Positions 52,123 to 62,589 of a stretch of 64,000 bases of DNA are shown here, in pieces. The stretch's first letter is position 1; each line of letters starts with the position of its first letter. The notes beneath the pieces were generated by a model, which did not search any database, was not told the DNA's origin, and saw only the letters and a list, made by a program, of their open reading frames with translations. Source of the stretch: Candidatus Parcubacteria bacterium. GTDB lineage: Bacteria > Patescibacteriota > Minisyncoccia > Phycocordibacterales > Zambryskibacteraceae. Location of the stretch: contig JAIFWJ010000003.1 of assembly GCA_019661865.1 (NCBI GenBank), positions 15,441 through 79,440 of the forward strand, in the 5' to 3' direction. The translations under genes were made by a program, and so were the position numbers.

Positions 52123-55083
52123 ATGGCAGGGGATACATTCGAAAGACTCTACAAGGGGCTTAATGTTGGACAGAAGAATGCTGTAGATACGGTAGAAGGT
52201 CCAGTGATGGTTGTAGCAGGCCCTGGGACGGGCAAGACTACAGTTCTCACCCTCCGTATAGCTAATATTCTCCGTACCACTGATACCCCGCCAGATGGCA
52301 TTCTGGCGCTTACATTTACCGAATCCGCAGTGGCATCCATGAGAAGGAAGCTTGTAGGGCTCATTGGTCCAAGGGCATACAGAGTAGGACTCTTCACCTT
52401 TCATGGCTTCGCAGAAGAAGTTATAAAAAAGTATCCGGAATATTTCCCACGTATTATTGGCGGAGACATCGCCACAGAAGCGGAGAAACTTTCAATAATT
52501 GAAGAGATTATTGAGAAAAATGATTTCGAATATATAAAACCATTTAGGGCACCCTTCTTCTACGTGCAATCAATTCTTCATACTATATCTGATCTTAAGC
52601 GAGATGCTGTCTCTCCAAGGGAGTTCTTAAAGGTCCTGGAGAAAGAAGAGAAAGATATTCTCTCTCATGAAGATGTTTACCACACTAAGGGTAAGTATAA
52701 GGGTGAGATGAAAACCCTTTATAAAAACACTCTCAGGAGCACTGAGAAAAATAGGGAGTTAACCAAGGTTTATACAGAATATGAGAAAGCTCTGGAGGTG
52801 AGAAGTCTCTACGACTTCGATGATCAGCTTCTGGAATTGTTGCGAGCTCTCAAGGAAGAGAAAGATCTTCTCCAAACCCTTCAAGAAGAGTTTCTATATT
52901 TCCTGGCAGACGAGCATCAGGATGCCAACAACGCTCAGAATCAGATACTAGAGCTTCTCTCAAGTTACTTTACAGAACCGAATCTCTTTATAGTGGGTGA
53001 TGAGAAGCAGGCTATATATAGGTTCCAGGGAGCGTCTCTGGAAAACTTTCTTTACTTCAGAACCAAGTTTCCTACTGCTAAGTTCATTTACTTGGATGAG
53101 AGCTATAGATCTACCCAGAACATTCTTGATGTTTCTTACTCACTTGCAGCTCTTTTACCGGGTGATCCTAAACTTCGTCCAGAGCTTAAATCACGCACAG
53201 AGAAGAAAGGGTTGATTAGCGTAATAGACTACAGGACAGAAAAAGACGAGTACGAGGGCTTGGTAGAGAATATATTGAAAAGAATTGAAAACGGAGAAGA
53301 TCCAGATGACATGGCAGTCCTGGTACGTACAAATAGAGAAATTGCAGATGTGGGTAGAGCGTTACTTGCGAAGAATATTTCGACCAATCTCTACCAAGAT
53401 GAAGATGTGCTCTCTGATAGAGAAATATTTAAGTTCATGCTCCTTCTGCGTGCAATCTCAGATCCTCAAAATGAGACAATAGTGGGAGAGACATTGTTTA
53501 TCGACTTCCTCAAGGTCGATTCCATACAAGTTATACAGATTCTAGATAAGGCCAAGAAAGAAAGAGTCCATGTGCTCGAAGCGCTTAAGAATATTAATTC
53601 TGAATTCTCTAACCTTTTCTCCAAATGGATAAAGGCAGCAAGAAACCAGAGTGCACTCGATGCATTTACTACCATTCTCGCTGAGTCACTCTTCACTGAG
53701 CATCTGCTTACACTACCTGAAAGTATTCAAAAAATGTCTCTTCTCTCAAGTCTTTACCAAGAAATAGCCACGCGACAAGCGCACGATAAGGATCTAACAC
53801 TACAGAAGTTTCTGGAGGATATTGATAGGCTTGAAGAACATGGTGGTAAGCTGCAGTTCAGTACCAGACTTCCTAAAGAGAAAAGTATTTCAGTTATGAC
53901 TGCCCACAAGTCTAAGGGAGCTGAATGGAGGACTGTATATATACCTCATGTGGTAGACGGTATATGGGGTAACAAACGTACAATGCTCGACTTCAGACTG
54001 CCTTTCCCTCTTGGCCGAGCTCATCAATCTGGTAAAGAAGAAGATGAGAGAAGGCTCTTTTACGTGGCCCTCACAAGGGCCAAGGAGAATGTAATACTCA
54101 CATACTCTCACATGCGAAGTGATGGCAGAGAACAAGTGGTCTCACGCTTTATACAAGAGTTGCCTCCTGCACTGCTTACTCGTGAACAAGGTAAAACTAC
54201 TCGAGATGGAGATGAGATCATATCCCAAGTAAAAAAGAAGATCACTCGTCACAGGACAGTTTGGGATAGAGAGTATCTTCTAAAGACTTTTAAAGAAGAG
54301 GAACTTTCTGCCACAGCGTTAAATAACTTTATAGAATGTCCATGGAAATACTTCTTCATAAATCTTATTAGAATTCCTGACATGCCGGATAAAGCTCAGA
54401 TGTTCGGAGTTGCTATACATGAAGCACTAAGCTTCCTTACTCGAGCTGTGCGAGAAAGTGGGAAGACTACCTTCGAGAAATTTTATGAGAGTTTCGAAAA
54501 ATGTCTAAGTCACCAACCTCTGACGGATAAAGAATATAAACAAGCTCTAAAGAAAGGTAAGGAAATGTTAAGAGTTTTTTGGGATAAGGAAATGCCAACT
54601 TGGCACAAGAATTCACTCGCAGAGTTTAATATTAGAAATGTATTTGTACCAGTAGGTGGTACTGAAGGTATAAGAATATGTGGAAGACTCGACAAGATGG
54701 AGATTCATGGAGACAGGGAAGTGAAGGTGGTGGATTATAAAACTGGAAGACCGAAGACCAGAAATGCAATCCTTGGTAAAACTGAGTCGAGTAGTGGTAA
54801 TGAGAAGCGCCAGCTCGACTTCTACAGACTCCTGCTTGAGTTATATGAAAAAGGCAAGTTCGAGATGACTCAAGGGTCCATATACTTTACCGAGCCAGAT
54901 GAGAAGAAGAGGTTGAAAGAAGAAGTATTCGAAATGTCACACGAAGATGCAGAAAGGGTAGAACAAGAAATTGTCAGGCTATATAGTGAAGTGACGACCT
55001 TTTCCTTCTGGAACTCTCATTGCAATGACAAAGATTGTGAGTACTGTCGCCTGCGGGATTTTTTAATTACAGAGACTATTTAA
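52123..55083 (+). CDS. UvrD/PcrA-type SF1 helicase fused to a C-terminal PD-(D/E)XK nuclease
   Basis: AGPGTGKT, DEHQD, VGDEKQAIYRFQGA, YRST, TAHKSKG.E, YVALTRA; GRLD..VVDYKTG..QL.FY; Cys in ECPW and CNDKDCEYC. Confidence 0.92.
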   Translation: MAGDTFERLYKGLNVGQKNAVDTVEGPVMVVAGPGTGKTTVLTLRIANILRTTDTPPDGILALTFTESAVASMRRKLVGLIGPRAYRVGLFTFHGFAEEVIKKYPEYFPRIIGGDIATEAEKLSIIEEIIEKNDFEYIKPFRAPFFYVQSILHTISDLKRDAVSPREFLKVLEKEEKDILSHEDVYHTKGKYKGEMKTLYKNTLRSTEKNRELTKVYTEYEKALEVRSLYDFDDQLLELLRALKEEKDLLQTLQEEFLYFLADEHQDANNAQNQILELLSSYFTEPNLFIVGDEKQAIYRFQGASLENFLYFRTKFPTAKFIYLDESYRSTQNILDVSYSLAALLPGDPKLRPELKSRTEKKGLISVIDYRTEKDEYEGLVENILKRIENGEDPDDMAVLVRTNREIADVGRALLAKNISTNLYQDEDVLSDREIFKFMLLLRAISDPQNETIVGETLFIDFLKVDSIQVIQILDKAKKERVHVLEALKNINSEFSNLFSKWIKAARNQSALDAFTTILAESLFTEHLLTLPESIQKMSLLSSLYQEIATRQAHDKDLTLQKFLEDIDRLEEHGGKLQFSTRLPKEKSISVMTAHKSKGAEWRTVYIPHVVDGIWGNKRTMLDFRLPFPLGRAHQSGKEEDERRLFYVALTRAKENVILTYSHMRSDGREQVVSRFIQELPPALLTREQGKTTRDGDEIISQVKKKITRHRTVWDREYLLKTFKEEELSATALNNFIECPWKYFFINLIRIPDMPDKAQMFGVAIHEALSFLTRAVRESGKTTFEKFYESFEKCLSHQPLTDKEYKQALKKGKEMLRVFWDKEMPTWHKNSLAEFNIRNVFVPVGGTEGIRICGRLDKMEIHGDREVKVVDYKTGRPKTRNAILGKTESSSGNEKRQLDFYRLLLELYEKGKFEMTQGSIYFTEPDEKKRLKEEVFEMSHEDAERVEQEIVRLYSEVTTFSFWNSHCNDKDCEYCRLRDFLITETI

Positions 55084-55780
55084 GGAGTAAGTCGATCTGG
55101 GCTTTAACTGAGTCGTAGGGCATGGCACCGTTTATAGGAACTTTCTTACCATCAGAAGTTAGGATGACCGAGTATGGAGTACCTTGGGCCCCTGCCTTAG
55201 TAGCGGCTAGAACATCGGCTTGAATTTCGGAGGTGTGTTTACCACTTGAAAGACAGGAGTTGAAGGCTGCAACATCCAAGCCAAGCGACCCAGCAATACG
55301 AGGAAGTTCGGAAGGGTTTAGAGTGTTGTTAGATCCGGTTGTAGCAAAAACTTGGTCAATAAATTTCCAGAATACTGTGTTGCCACCTTGATCAGCTGCA
55401 CATTCAGCGGCCTCAGCTTCCTTAGGAGCCTTGGAGTGGAGTTGAGCGATAGGAAAATGTCTAAAGACCCATGCGACATCTCCATGGTAGTTGTCTACAA
55501 TCTCGTGCATGGTGTCGTGGAAAACTTTACAAAATGGACACTCGAGATCTGAGTATTCTACCACTACGACTTTAGCATTTTTACTTCCGATAATATGATC
55601 TGTGTCTGTCACTTTCTCAATTGAACCCACACTTCCTGAAGCATTCGCCACGTTATTTGTACCAGCGGGGGCTGTGTGTCCGCCGCCGAAGTATATGGCA
55701 CCAGCTATGAGGGCTCCGGCTACGATTATGGCTAAGGGTATAGAGACTTTCTGACTTTGTGATGAATTTTGGCTCTCCAT
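55076..55780 (-). CDS. DsbA-family thiol-disulfide oxidoreductase
   Basis: EYSDLECPFC, RHFP, GTP; N-terminal TM. Confidence 0.92.
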   Translation of the reverse strand: MESQNSSQSQKVSIPLAIIVAGALIAGAIYFGGGHTAPAGTNNVANASGSVGSIEKVTDTDHIIGSKNAKVVVVEYSDLECPFCKVFHDTMHEIVDNYHGDVAWVFRHFPIAQLHSKAPKEAEAAECAADQGGNTVFWKFIDQVFATTGSNNTLNPSELPRIAGSLGLDVAAFNSCLSSGKHTSEIQADVLAATKAGAQGTPYSVILTSDGKKVPINGAMPYDSVKAQIDLLLK

Positions 55781-55818
55781 TGTGGGTCCATTCTATCATG
55801 CTCTGATATAATAAATAT

Positions 55819-56616
55819 ATGCTGACATACTTGCATGCCACAATTCTTGGAATTGTGGAAGGACTGACTGAATTCGTCCCTATTTCCTCCTCTGGGCATC
55901 TCATTTTAGCTAGAGATATCTTCCATATAAACAGCGGAGACGCACTCTCAGTCGATGCGGTGCTCCAAATGGGGGCAATACTCGCGGTGTTGGTATATTT
56001 CTTCGGAGACTTGTGGCATTTGCTTAATGCAGCATTTAGATGGGTTTCTAGAAAAATTGTTTCAGAAGAAGATAAGAAGATGATCCTAGCCGTCATACTT
56101 GGTACCATTCCTGGGGTTATCCTTGGATTTTTACTGGAGAAAAAGATGGACACTGTATTTAGAAGTGTGCACTTAGTGGCTTGGACGCTTATAGCCGGAT
56201 CAGTACTGATGTTCTTTGCAGAAAGAATAGCTAAGCAGAGTAAAGCAATAAACACCGTAAGGGGATTTATTATAGGGTTGTTCCAGGCTCTAGCTCTGGT
56301 ACCAGGTGTGTCTCGCTCAGGTGCTACTATCTCTGGAGGACTTATTACTGGGTTAACTCGTGAGGAAGCCACGCGCTTCAGCTTTATCTTGAGTTTTCCA
56401 ATTATCTTAGGAGCGGGGCTTAAAAAGTTTCTTGACCTTTATCATTCTGGGAGCATCGCACTACAAGGGTTACCACTAAGTCTTGGTTTCGTAATCACAT
56501 TTATTACAGCTTTGGGCTCCATACACTTCTTGATCAACTACCTTAGGAAACATAGCTTGGATCTTTTTATCTGGTACAGAGTAGTTCTGGCAATACTTAT
56601 ACTTATCCTACTTTAG
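55819..56616 (+). CDS. uppP: Undecaprenyl-diphosphatase (BacA)
   Basis: GIVEGLTEFVPISSSGH and PGVSRSGATI. Confidence 0.96.
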   Translation: MLTYLHATILGIVEGLTEFVPISSSGHLILARDIFHINSGDALSVDAVLQMGAILAVLVYFFGDLWHLLNAAFRWVSRKIVSEEDKKMILAVILGTIPGVILGFLLEKKMDTVFRSVHLVAWTLIAGSVLMFFAERIAKQSKAINTVRGFIIGLFQALALVPGVSRSGATISGGLITGLTREEATRFSFILSFPIILGAGLKKFLDLYHSGSIALQGLPLSLGFVITFITALGSIHFLINYLRKHSLDLFIWYRVVLAILILILL

Positions 56617-57188
56617 AAGGGTAAAGTAAAGGTTAATTTATTTTCTTGCGGCGTTTCCCATTCGCTACAGTCAAGTTTTATTTCAAAAATCTCATTACCT
56701 TCTTTAAAAATAAGCTTATTGTTTTGTATCGCGTAGTCATATAATTCTTTTGTTAGTCTAACATCATCTATACAGTATTTTCTTACTTTCTCTTTTTCTC
56801 CCCTTCTCCACCATTGCAGAGCGTGAAGTCCATGACCTGATTTCTTTTTACCCAGAGTTCCTTCTGCTAGTTGATCAAGTTTCATTCTCCTCCCATATGA
56901 CTTTTTTATTTCCTTAAGAATATCTAGACTTTTAATTTTGGACAGATCTCCTGGATAGTATTTATTTAAAAGTGGCAGATCGAAATGATCTGAATTAAAC
57001 CCTATGAGCATATCTGCTCGCTCCAAAATGGGCCAGAGTTTGGGTAGGTCTTCTTCAAAATAACTCGAGTAGGAATCGGTTTCTGAGTCATGTATAGCTA
57101 CCACAGCAATATCAAGAAGCGCTGGATCTCCTTTACCAACGTCAGAAAACACATTACGAGTTTCTATGTCGTATACAATCTTTCGCAT
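56613..57188 (-). CDS. DEDD / RNase H-like 3'-5' exonuclease (YprB-like)
   Basis: YDIET, GFN..HFD, YC..DV. Confidence 0.82.
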   Translation of the reverse strand: MRKIVYDIETRNVFSDVGKGDPALLDIAVVAIHDSETDSYSSYFEEDLPKLWPILERADMLIGFNSDHFDLPLLNKYYPGDLSKIKSLDILKEIKKSYGRRMKLDQLAEGTLGKKKSGHGLHALQWWRRGEKEKVRKYCIDDVRLTKELYDYAIQNNKLIFKEGNEIFEIKLDCSEWETPQENKLTFTLPF

Positions 57189-58267
57189 TACTGTTTAATT
57201 ATGTCGATGATCTCAGCCTTCGAAGCTTCAATTTCTTTACCAGTCTCCATTTTCTTCACAGAGTACATACCACTTTTCACTTCATCTTCACCTAGTACCA
57301 GTGCATAGGGGACCCGCTGCTTATTGGCAGACTTTACCTGATCGCTTACTTTTTTCCCAGACCAGTCTATGGCCACGTTTACATTATTCATTCTTAAGAA
57401 GTCTCCCAACTCTTCCGCTTTGGGTCCCAGGTCTAGAGATGTGAGAGCGATATAAAGGTCAGTGGTAGGACGAAATTTAGGAAGTAAATTGTGAGTTTGG
57501 AGGAAGTCTTTTGTCGTCACATCACCCATGCCGAAGCCTGCCGCAGAGAGCTTGTCCTCACCGAAAAGTGCCGTGATGTTGTCGAACCTACCTCCGCCAA
57601 GTATTGAGCGGGTATTCTCTTTGTTGGTATCAAAAAATTCGAAGACAACTCCAGTATAGTAAGCCTGACCGCGTTTAAGTGACGAGTCTATTTTAATATT
57701 TGTAATTCCAATGTCCTTCAGTCTATCTATCACTCTAGACAAGCTCTCACCTTCATCCTGGGCGTAGCTGTTTAATCTTATTTCGAAGTTCTCATCACTT
57801 GCACCGAAGGCGATGAGGATTCTATATGCCAATGTAATAATCTCTACATCGGCTTCTATACCATCTACACCGAAGATGTCCGCATTTAACTGCCAATGTT
57901 CACGGAGCCTACCCCTCTGTGGAGCCTCATAACGGAAGAGGTTAGGAATAGAGTACCAACGTAGTGGGAAGCCGAGCTCACGGCGCTTGGCAGCAACCAT
58001 ACGAGCTATGCTGGGTGTCATCTCCGGACGAAGAGTCACTTCACGATCTCCTCGATCCTTAAATGTATAAGTTTGGCTCTTGACTATCTCCTCGCCTGAC
58101 TTTTCTTTATAAATCTCGGAAGGCTCAAGGATAGAAGCTCCATACTCTTGGTAGCCGAAGCTCTCAAGTGTTTTCCGCCAGATTTTAAATATATAGTTCT
58201 GGATGGCTTGCTCTTCAGGGTAGAAGTCCCTAACCCCCTTATACGAGTCTGTACTGAGCTTAGACAT
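57188..58267 (-). CDS. hisS: Histidine--tRNA ligase (short form)
   Basis: GVRDFYP, LRPEMT, RYEAPQRGRLREH, RGQAYYTG, GGGRFD; ATG 58267 is 6 nt after TATAAT. Confidence 0.95.
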   Translation of the reverse strand: MSKLSTDSYKGVRDFYPEEQAIQNYIFKIWRKTLESFGYQEYGASILEPSEIYKEKSGEEIVKSQTYTFKDRGDREVTLRPEMTPSIARMVAAKRRELGFPLRWYSIPNLFRYEAPQRGRLREHWQLNADIFGVDGIEADVEIITLAYRILIAFGASDENFEIRLNSYAQDEGESLSRVIDRLKDIGITNIKIDSSLKRGQAYYTGVVFEFFDTNKENTRSILGGGRFDNITALFGEDKLSAAGFGMGDVTTKDFLQTHNLLPKFRPTTDLYIALTSLDLGPKAEELGDFLRMNNVNVAIDWSGKKVSDQVKSANKQRVPYALVLGEDEVKSGMYSVKKMETGKEIEASKAEIIDIIKQ

Positions 58268-58380
58268 GGGGAAATTATAGCTCAAAATAGGAAACAAATC
58301 TGCCTTTTTGTATGCTTGACTGAGCCCACTTCGAGTGATATTGTCCGAAGAGACAACGTTCAAAGCTACTAGGAGGTTCG

Positions 58381-59406
58381 ATGCTGTCACTGACTATGGT
58401 TTGTTGGACTCTGGTGATTCTCGGCCTCTTGTCTGGGTTCTATGCACTTACTCATCAAATATGGTGGGGGAGCGAGGGGGACAAGGGGCTTGTGAGGCAG
58501 AGGTACTACAAACATGGATGTTGGGTTCTGATCTTGCTTGGAGCTGGAGGATTGTGGTGGAATATCTCAAATGATAAGGGCATTCCATCCTACGGGCCTT
58601 CATTACCGGCAAATTCCAGGTCACAACAAAAAGTTGAACAGTTAACAAAACTAGCCGAGGGTGCTCCTATGGTAAATCGAGGAACACATTCTTCAGTTGC
58701 TTTAATCTTTCAGAAAGGGGTGCAGGCAACTAGTCACGTATCTGTCATCGGCTGGTTTCTCATCGGTTCGGGAGTACTATTAGGCCTCGGGTTGTTTCTC
58801 CTATTGTATTTGGGGAAGCGGGAGCCTAACGCGGCTGCTCCTAGAATGAGAAGGCTTCAGAGCAGACGAGATTGGGGCGTGAGTTCGAATTTCGGTGCTG
58901 CGGCTCTTCTCATCCTGGCTCTACTGTGGTGGGGGGTACCAAAGGTGATCCATTGGATGAGTCCAGAACCAGTCAAAAGTCCACAAAAGGTGGCCACAAC
59001 GGATACTCATGCAACAAAACCCGACACCCTGCCTACCTTGAGTCCTGTTCTGCCAGATACTTCTAATCCAGATACCCTCCCGCAGAAAACGACAAAGATG
59101 CCGGTGGTTAAAGACAAGCCAAAGAAGCCAGAGAAAAAGATCGAGGCTGGTGAAGTGGCTGCCGCCATACCACTGACTCTTCCGGACTCGCTCAAGGCAA
59201 GTATCGTGGAGAAGAATTGTCCGAAGTATTTGGACCGATTCATCACCATGAGAGACAAGGCCTATGACGGACCAGTGAAGGATTTCGGTCTTCTGGCTCG
59301 GGCGGTCATGGCTTGTAACGAGTGGCGAAAGAATACTAAGCCTGAACCTAAGCACCGAGAAGCTCTTGATCAAGCCCGACTAGTCGTGGCTGGTCTAGGG
59401 ATGTAA
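58381..59406 (+). CDS. Orphan multi-TM protein with Pro/Thr/Lys-rich linker and C-terminal helical domain, stand-alone unit
   Basis: About four TM segments; TTGACT-N17-TATTGT promoter; AGGAGG SD; terminator at 59405-59430. Confidence 0.7.
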   Translation: MLSLTMVCWTLVILGLLSGFYALTHQIWWGSEGDKGLVRQRYYKHGCWVLILLGAGGLWWNISNDKGIPSYGPSLPANSRSQQKVEQLTKLAEGAPMVNRGTHSSVALIFQKGVQATSHVSVIGWFLIGSGVLLGLGLFLLLYLGKREPNAAAPRMRRLQSRRDWGVSSNFGAAALLILALLWWGVPKVIHWMSPEPVKSPQKVATTDTHATKPDTLPTLSPVLPDTSNPDTLPQKTTKMPVVKDKPKKPEKKIEAGEVAAAIPLTLPDSLKASIVEKNCPKYLDRFITMRDKAYDGPVKDFGLLARAVMACNEWRKNTKPEPKHREALDQARLVVAGLGM

Positions 59407-59443
59407 CCCACGGCATGTCTGTGGGTTTTTATATACTAAATGT

Positions 59444-60193
59444 ATGAAAGAAGTAACAAAAGTAATAAAGCTTTATAAAAATCTTGGGGAAACTCCTTTG
59501 GAGTGTATATTAAGATTTCGACATGATAATCCAGATTTTGAGAAAATAAACATGACTTATCTGGGACGACTCGATCCTATGGCTGAAGGGTTACTACTTG
59601 TACTTGCAGGTAATACAAAGGAGAAAAATAAATATCTTGAATGGGATAAGACATATGAGTTCGAAGTTCTATGGGGCTTTGAGACTGATACATATGACGT
59701 GTTAGGAAAGATTACGAATATAAGTGACATACCACTTAAGAACTTCGACCGTCATATCGCTCCACTCCTGAAGAAAATATCCGAGAAAAAGACTCAAGGA
59801 TATCCTCCATATTCTTCTAAAACTGTTTTAGGTAAAGCACTTCATACATGGGCTAGGGAAGGGAAAATAGACGAGATAGATATACCCAGTAGAAGTGTAA
59901 AAATATTTTCTATTGAACACTTAGACACCCGTCTTGTAACTCAAGATGAAATTCTTGAGGAAATTATTAATAAAATAGATTTAGTGAAGGGTGACTTTAG
60001 ACAGGGAGAAATAATTAAACTCTGGAAGAAATCCATAAAACATGGAGAGCCGGCTCTCATCTCAGCCTTCCGAGCTAGTGTCTCCTCAGGCACATATATC
60101 CGCTCCATAGCGCACGAAATGGGCCATATATTAGGCACAAGTGCCCTGGCTTACTCCATAAGGCGCACAAGGGTCGGGGAATATAAGATGTAG
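59444..60193 (+). CDS. truB: TruB-family tRNA pseudouridine synthase (no PUA domain)
   Basis: GRLDPMAEGLL catalytic Asp, KTY, TDTYD.LG, PPYSS, SSGTYIRS. Confidence 0.85.
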   Translation: MKEVTKVIKLYKNLGETPLECILRFRHDNPDFEKINMTYLGRLDPMAEGLLLVLAGNTKEKNKYLEWDKTYEFEVLWGFETDTYDVLGKITNISDIPLKNFDRHIAPLLKKISEKKTQGYPPYSSKTVLGKALHTWAREGKIDEIDIPSRSVKIFSIEHLDTRLVTQDEILEEIINKIDLVKGDFRQGEIIKLWKKSIKHGEPALISAFRASVSSGTYIRSIAHEMGHILGTSALAYSIRRTRVGEYKM

Positions 60194-61984
60194 TTATTTC
60201 AGATCTTTTCTCTGAGACTTGGCGCGTTCTTGCTGAGTGAGAATTTGTTTACGGAGACGGACGGACTCTGGAGTGATCTCAATATATTCGTCATCTTTCA
60301 TAATCTCCATGGCACGCTCGATGTCGAGTTTGAATGCGGGAGTTAGATATATGCTGTCATCAGATCCAGAGGCACGCATGTTGGTGAGCTGTTTACCCTT
60401 GGTTGGGTTTACATACAGATCTTCGCCCTTGGAAGTATTGCCCACAACTTGTCCTTCATAAATCTCTGCACTTGGTTCTATATAAAGTGTGCCGCGTTGC
60501 TGTAGGTTGTCGAGTGAGAAGGCTAAAGCCTTCCCTTTCTCCATCGATATCATCGAACCCACATCATGATGGTCTATCACTCCGGCATATGGCTTGAATC
60601 CTATAAATCTCGAAGAGAATATTCCGAGTCCTCGGGTATCGACTACGAACTGATTTCTGTACCCTAGGAGTCCGCGAGTGGGTGCTTCAAAGGTGAGTCT
60701 CTGCTGTCCATTTTCACTTCTCATATCAAGTAGAGACGCCCTGCGAGAAGTAAGAGTAGATATGACTCCACCAGACATGCTCTCTGGTACATCTATTACC
60801 ACTTCTTCGAAAGGTTCCAGTTTCTCACCATTCTCTTCTTTAATAATTACATGTGGTTGAGATACTTGAACTTCGAATCCTTCTCTACGCATGTTCTCAA
60901 GTAGTATGGCGATGTGAAGTTCTCCACGGCCAAACACCGTTAGGTATTCACTTGATGAGAAATCTACTTTGAGTCCGACATTTACCTCTAACTCTCTTTC
61001 AAGTCTTTCTCGAATCTGTCTACCTGTTACGAACTTACCTTCACGACCAGCGAAGGGTGAGTCATTGACGAAGAAGTTAAGTGAGATAGTAGGCTCGTCC
61101 ACATTTATAGCTGGGAGTGCCTCTCCGTGCTCATCTCCTGAGATAGTATCTCCAATATATATATCTGGAAGCCCAGCGATCATAACGATATCTCCTGCAA
61201 GTGCCTGGTCTCGTTCCTTTCTAGAGAGTCCTTCAAATGTGTAGAGCTTGGTGATCTTACCTTGATACTTCTCCCCACTGTGCTTCGTAACCCAGACGCT
61301 CTGACCATTCTTAATGGTACCTTCATATATGCGAGCGAGTGCCAAGCGGCCTAGGAAGTTGTCATATGCAAGATTGAACGGCTGAAGACGCACTGGTACA
61401 TCGAGCCTTTGAGTCACTGGAGGAACTTTCTCAAGAATTACATCAAGAAGAGGTGTCAGATCTTTTGAATCATCTGTGAGATTCTTCTTTGCAATTCCTT
61501 CACGACCAATTGCATAAACAGTTGGGAAGTCGATCTGATGGTTGTCAGCCCCGAGCTCTAAGAAAAGTTCCAAGACCATTTCATGCACAGCCTCTGGTCT
61601 GGCGGCCGGCTTATCGATTTTATTTATAACTACAATTGGCTTGAGCCCAAGCTCCAGGGACTTCTTAAGTACGAAACGGGTCTGAGGCATAGGTCCTTCC
61701 TGAGCATCAACTACTAAGAGCACAGTGTCTATAGAACGGAGTACACGCTCGACCTCAGAACCGAAGTCCGCATGTCCAGGAGTGTCCACAATATTTATCT
61801 TCGTGTCCTTATAGAAGATAGAAGTGTTTTTAGAATATATGGTAATACCGCGCTCCTTCTCGAGAGCATTTGAGTCCATGGATACACCCTCCTCAACCAT
61901 GCCAGTCTGACGCATCAAAGCGTCGGTAAGAGTGGTCTTACCGTGGTCGACGTGAGCAATAATAGCGATATTTCTAATTTCCAT
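60194..61984 (-). CDS. typA: Translational GTPase TypA/BipA
   Basis: IAHVDHGKTTL, DTPGHADF, NKID, GRGELH, EITP..RLRK. Confidence 0.96.
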   Translation of the reverse strand: MEIRNIAIIAHVDHGKTTLTDALMRQTGMVEEGVSMDSNALEKERGITIYSKNTSIFYKDTKINIVDTPGHADFGSEVERVLRSIDTVLLVVDAQEGPMPQTRFVLKKSLELGLKPIVVINKIDKPAARPEAVHEMVLELFLELGADNHQIDFPTVYAIGREGIAKKNLTDDSKDLTPLLDVILEKVPPVTQRLDVPVRLQPFNLAYDNFLGRLALARIYEGTIKNGQSVWVTKHSGEKYQGKITKLYTFEGLSRKERDQALAGDIVMIAGLPDIYIGDTISGDEHGEALPAINVDEPTISLNFFVNDSPFAGREGKFVTGRQIRERLERELEVNVGLKVDFSSSEYLTVFGRGELHIAILLENMRREGFEVQVSQPHVIIKEENGEKLEPFEEVVIDVPESMSGGVISTLTSRRASLLDMRSENGQQRLTFEAPTRGLLGYRNQFVVDTRGLGIFSSRFIGFKPYAGVIDHHDVGSMISMEKGKALAFSLDNLQQRGTLYIEPSAEIYEGQVVGNTSKGEDLYVNPTKGKQLTNMRASGSDDSIYLTPAFKLDIERAMEIMKDDEYIEITPESVRLRKQILTQQERAKSQRKDLK

Positions 61985-62018
61985 ATTGGATAACCGAGTC
62001 GCTATTAAAGCACGAATT

Positions 62019-62564
62019 TTACTTCTCCTCAAGAGTACCTGCACGCACTACAAAGGTCCGATTGGTAAGTACTGTCGGCTCAGCTGCTAAGGGTTCGCCC
62101 GCATTTCTATCCAGGTAAGTAAGCTTTATAACACCATTAGATATTGAAATAGTTTTAGGAGTTACTCTGTCACCTATAAATACAGCATTTGAGCCTTTAT
62201 ACATTACTGTGCCAGAAAGGTATGCAGCGATGTAAACAAATACTCCAGAACCTCCACTGTCTTTAACTAAAAGTAGTGCAGTGTCGTTCTTGTCATCGCC
62301 ATTTAAGTCTCCATAAGCCAGATCGTTTGTAAGTGTGGTGTTATCTGTTATGGCAGAGCCAGGGATAACTTGAGTTTCTGCAGATCCTTTCTTAAGAGTT
62401 ACTGGACCATCCTCGAACTCAAATGTAGCGTTCGACGGATCTGGATGAGTAGAAGTGGGAGTAACTTTAACCTCTGGAGTACTGTTTGTCCCTGGTGTCT
62501 TCAAATATTTCCAACCGAAAAAGCCGAGAATTAGTACAACAATCAGTATTAAAATTTTCTTCAT
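62019..62564 (-). CDS. Membrane-anchored or secreted hypothetical protein
   Basis: N-terminal TM, GDLNGDDKND Ca-binding-like loop, GGSGVF, IGDRV. Confidence 0.75.
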   Translation of the reverse strand: MKKILILIVVLILGFFGWKYLKTPGTNSTPEVKVTPTSTHPDPSNATFEFEDGPVTLKKGSAETQVIPGSAITDNTTLTNDLAYGDLNGDDKNDTALLLVKDSGGSGVFVYIAAYLSGTVMYKGSNAVFIGDRVTPKTISISNGVIKLTYLDRNAGEPLAAEPTVLTNRTFVVRAGTLEEK

Positions 62565-62589
62565 TGCATTTATTATAACAAAAAAGCCC

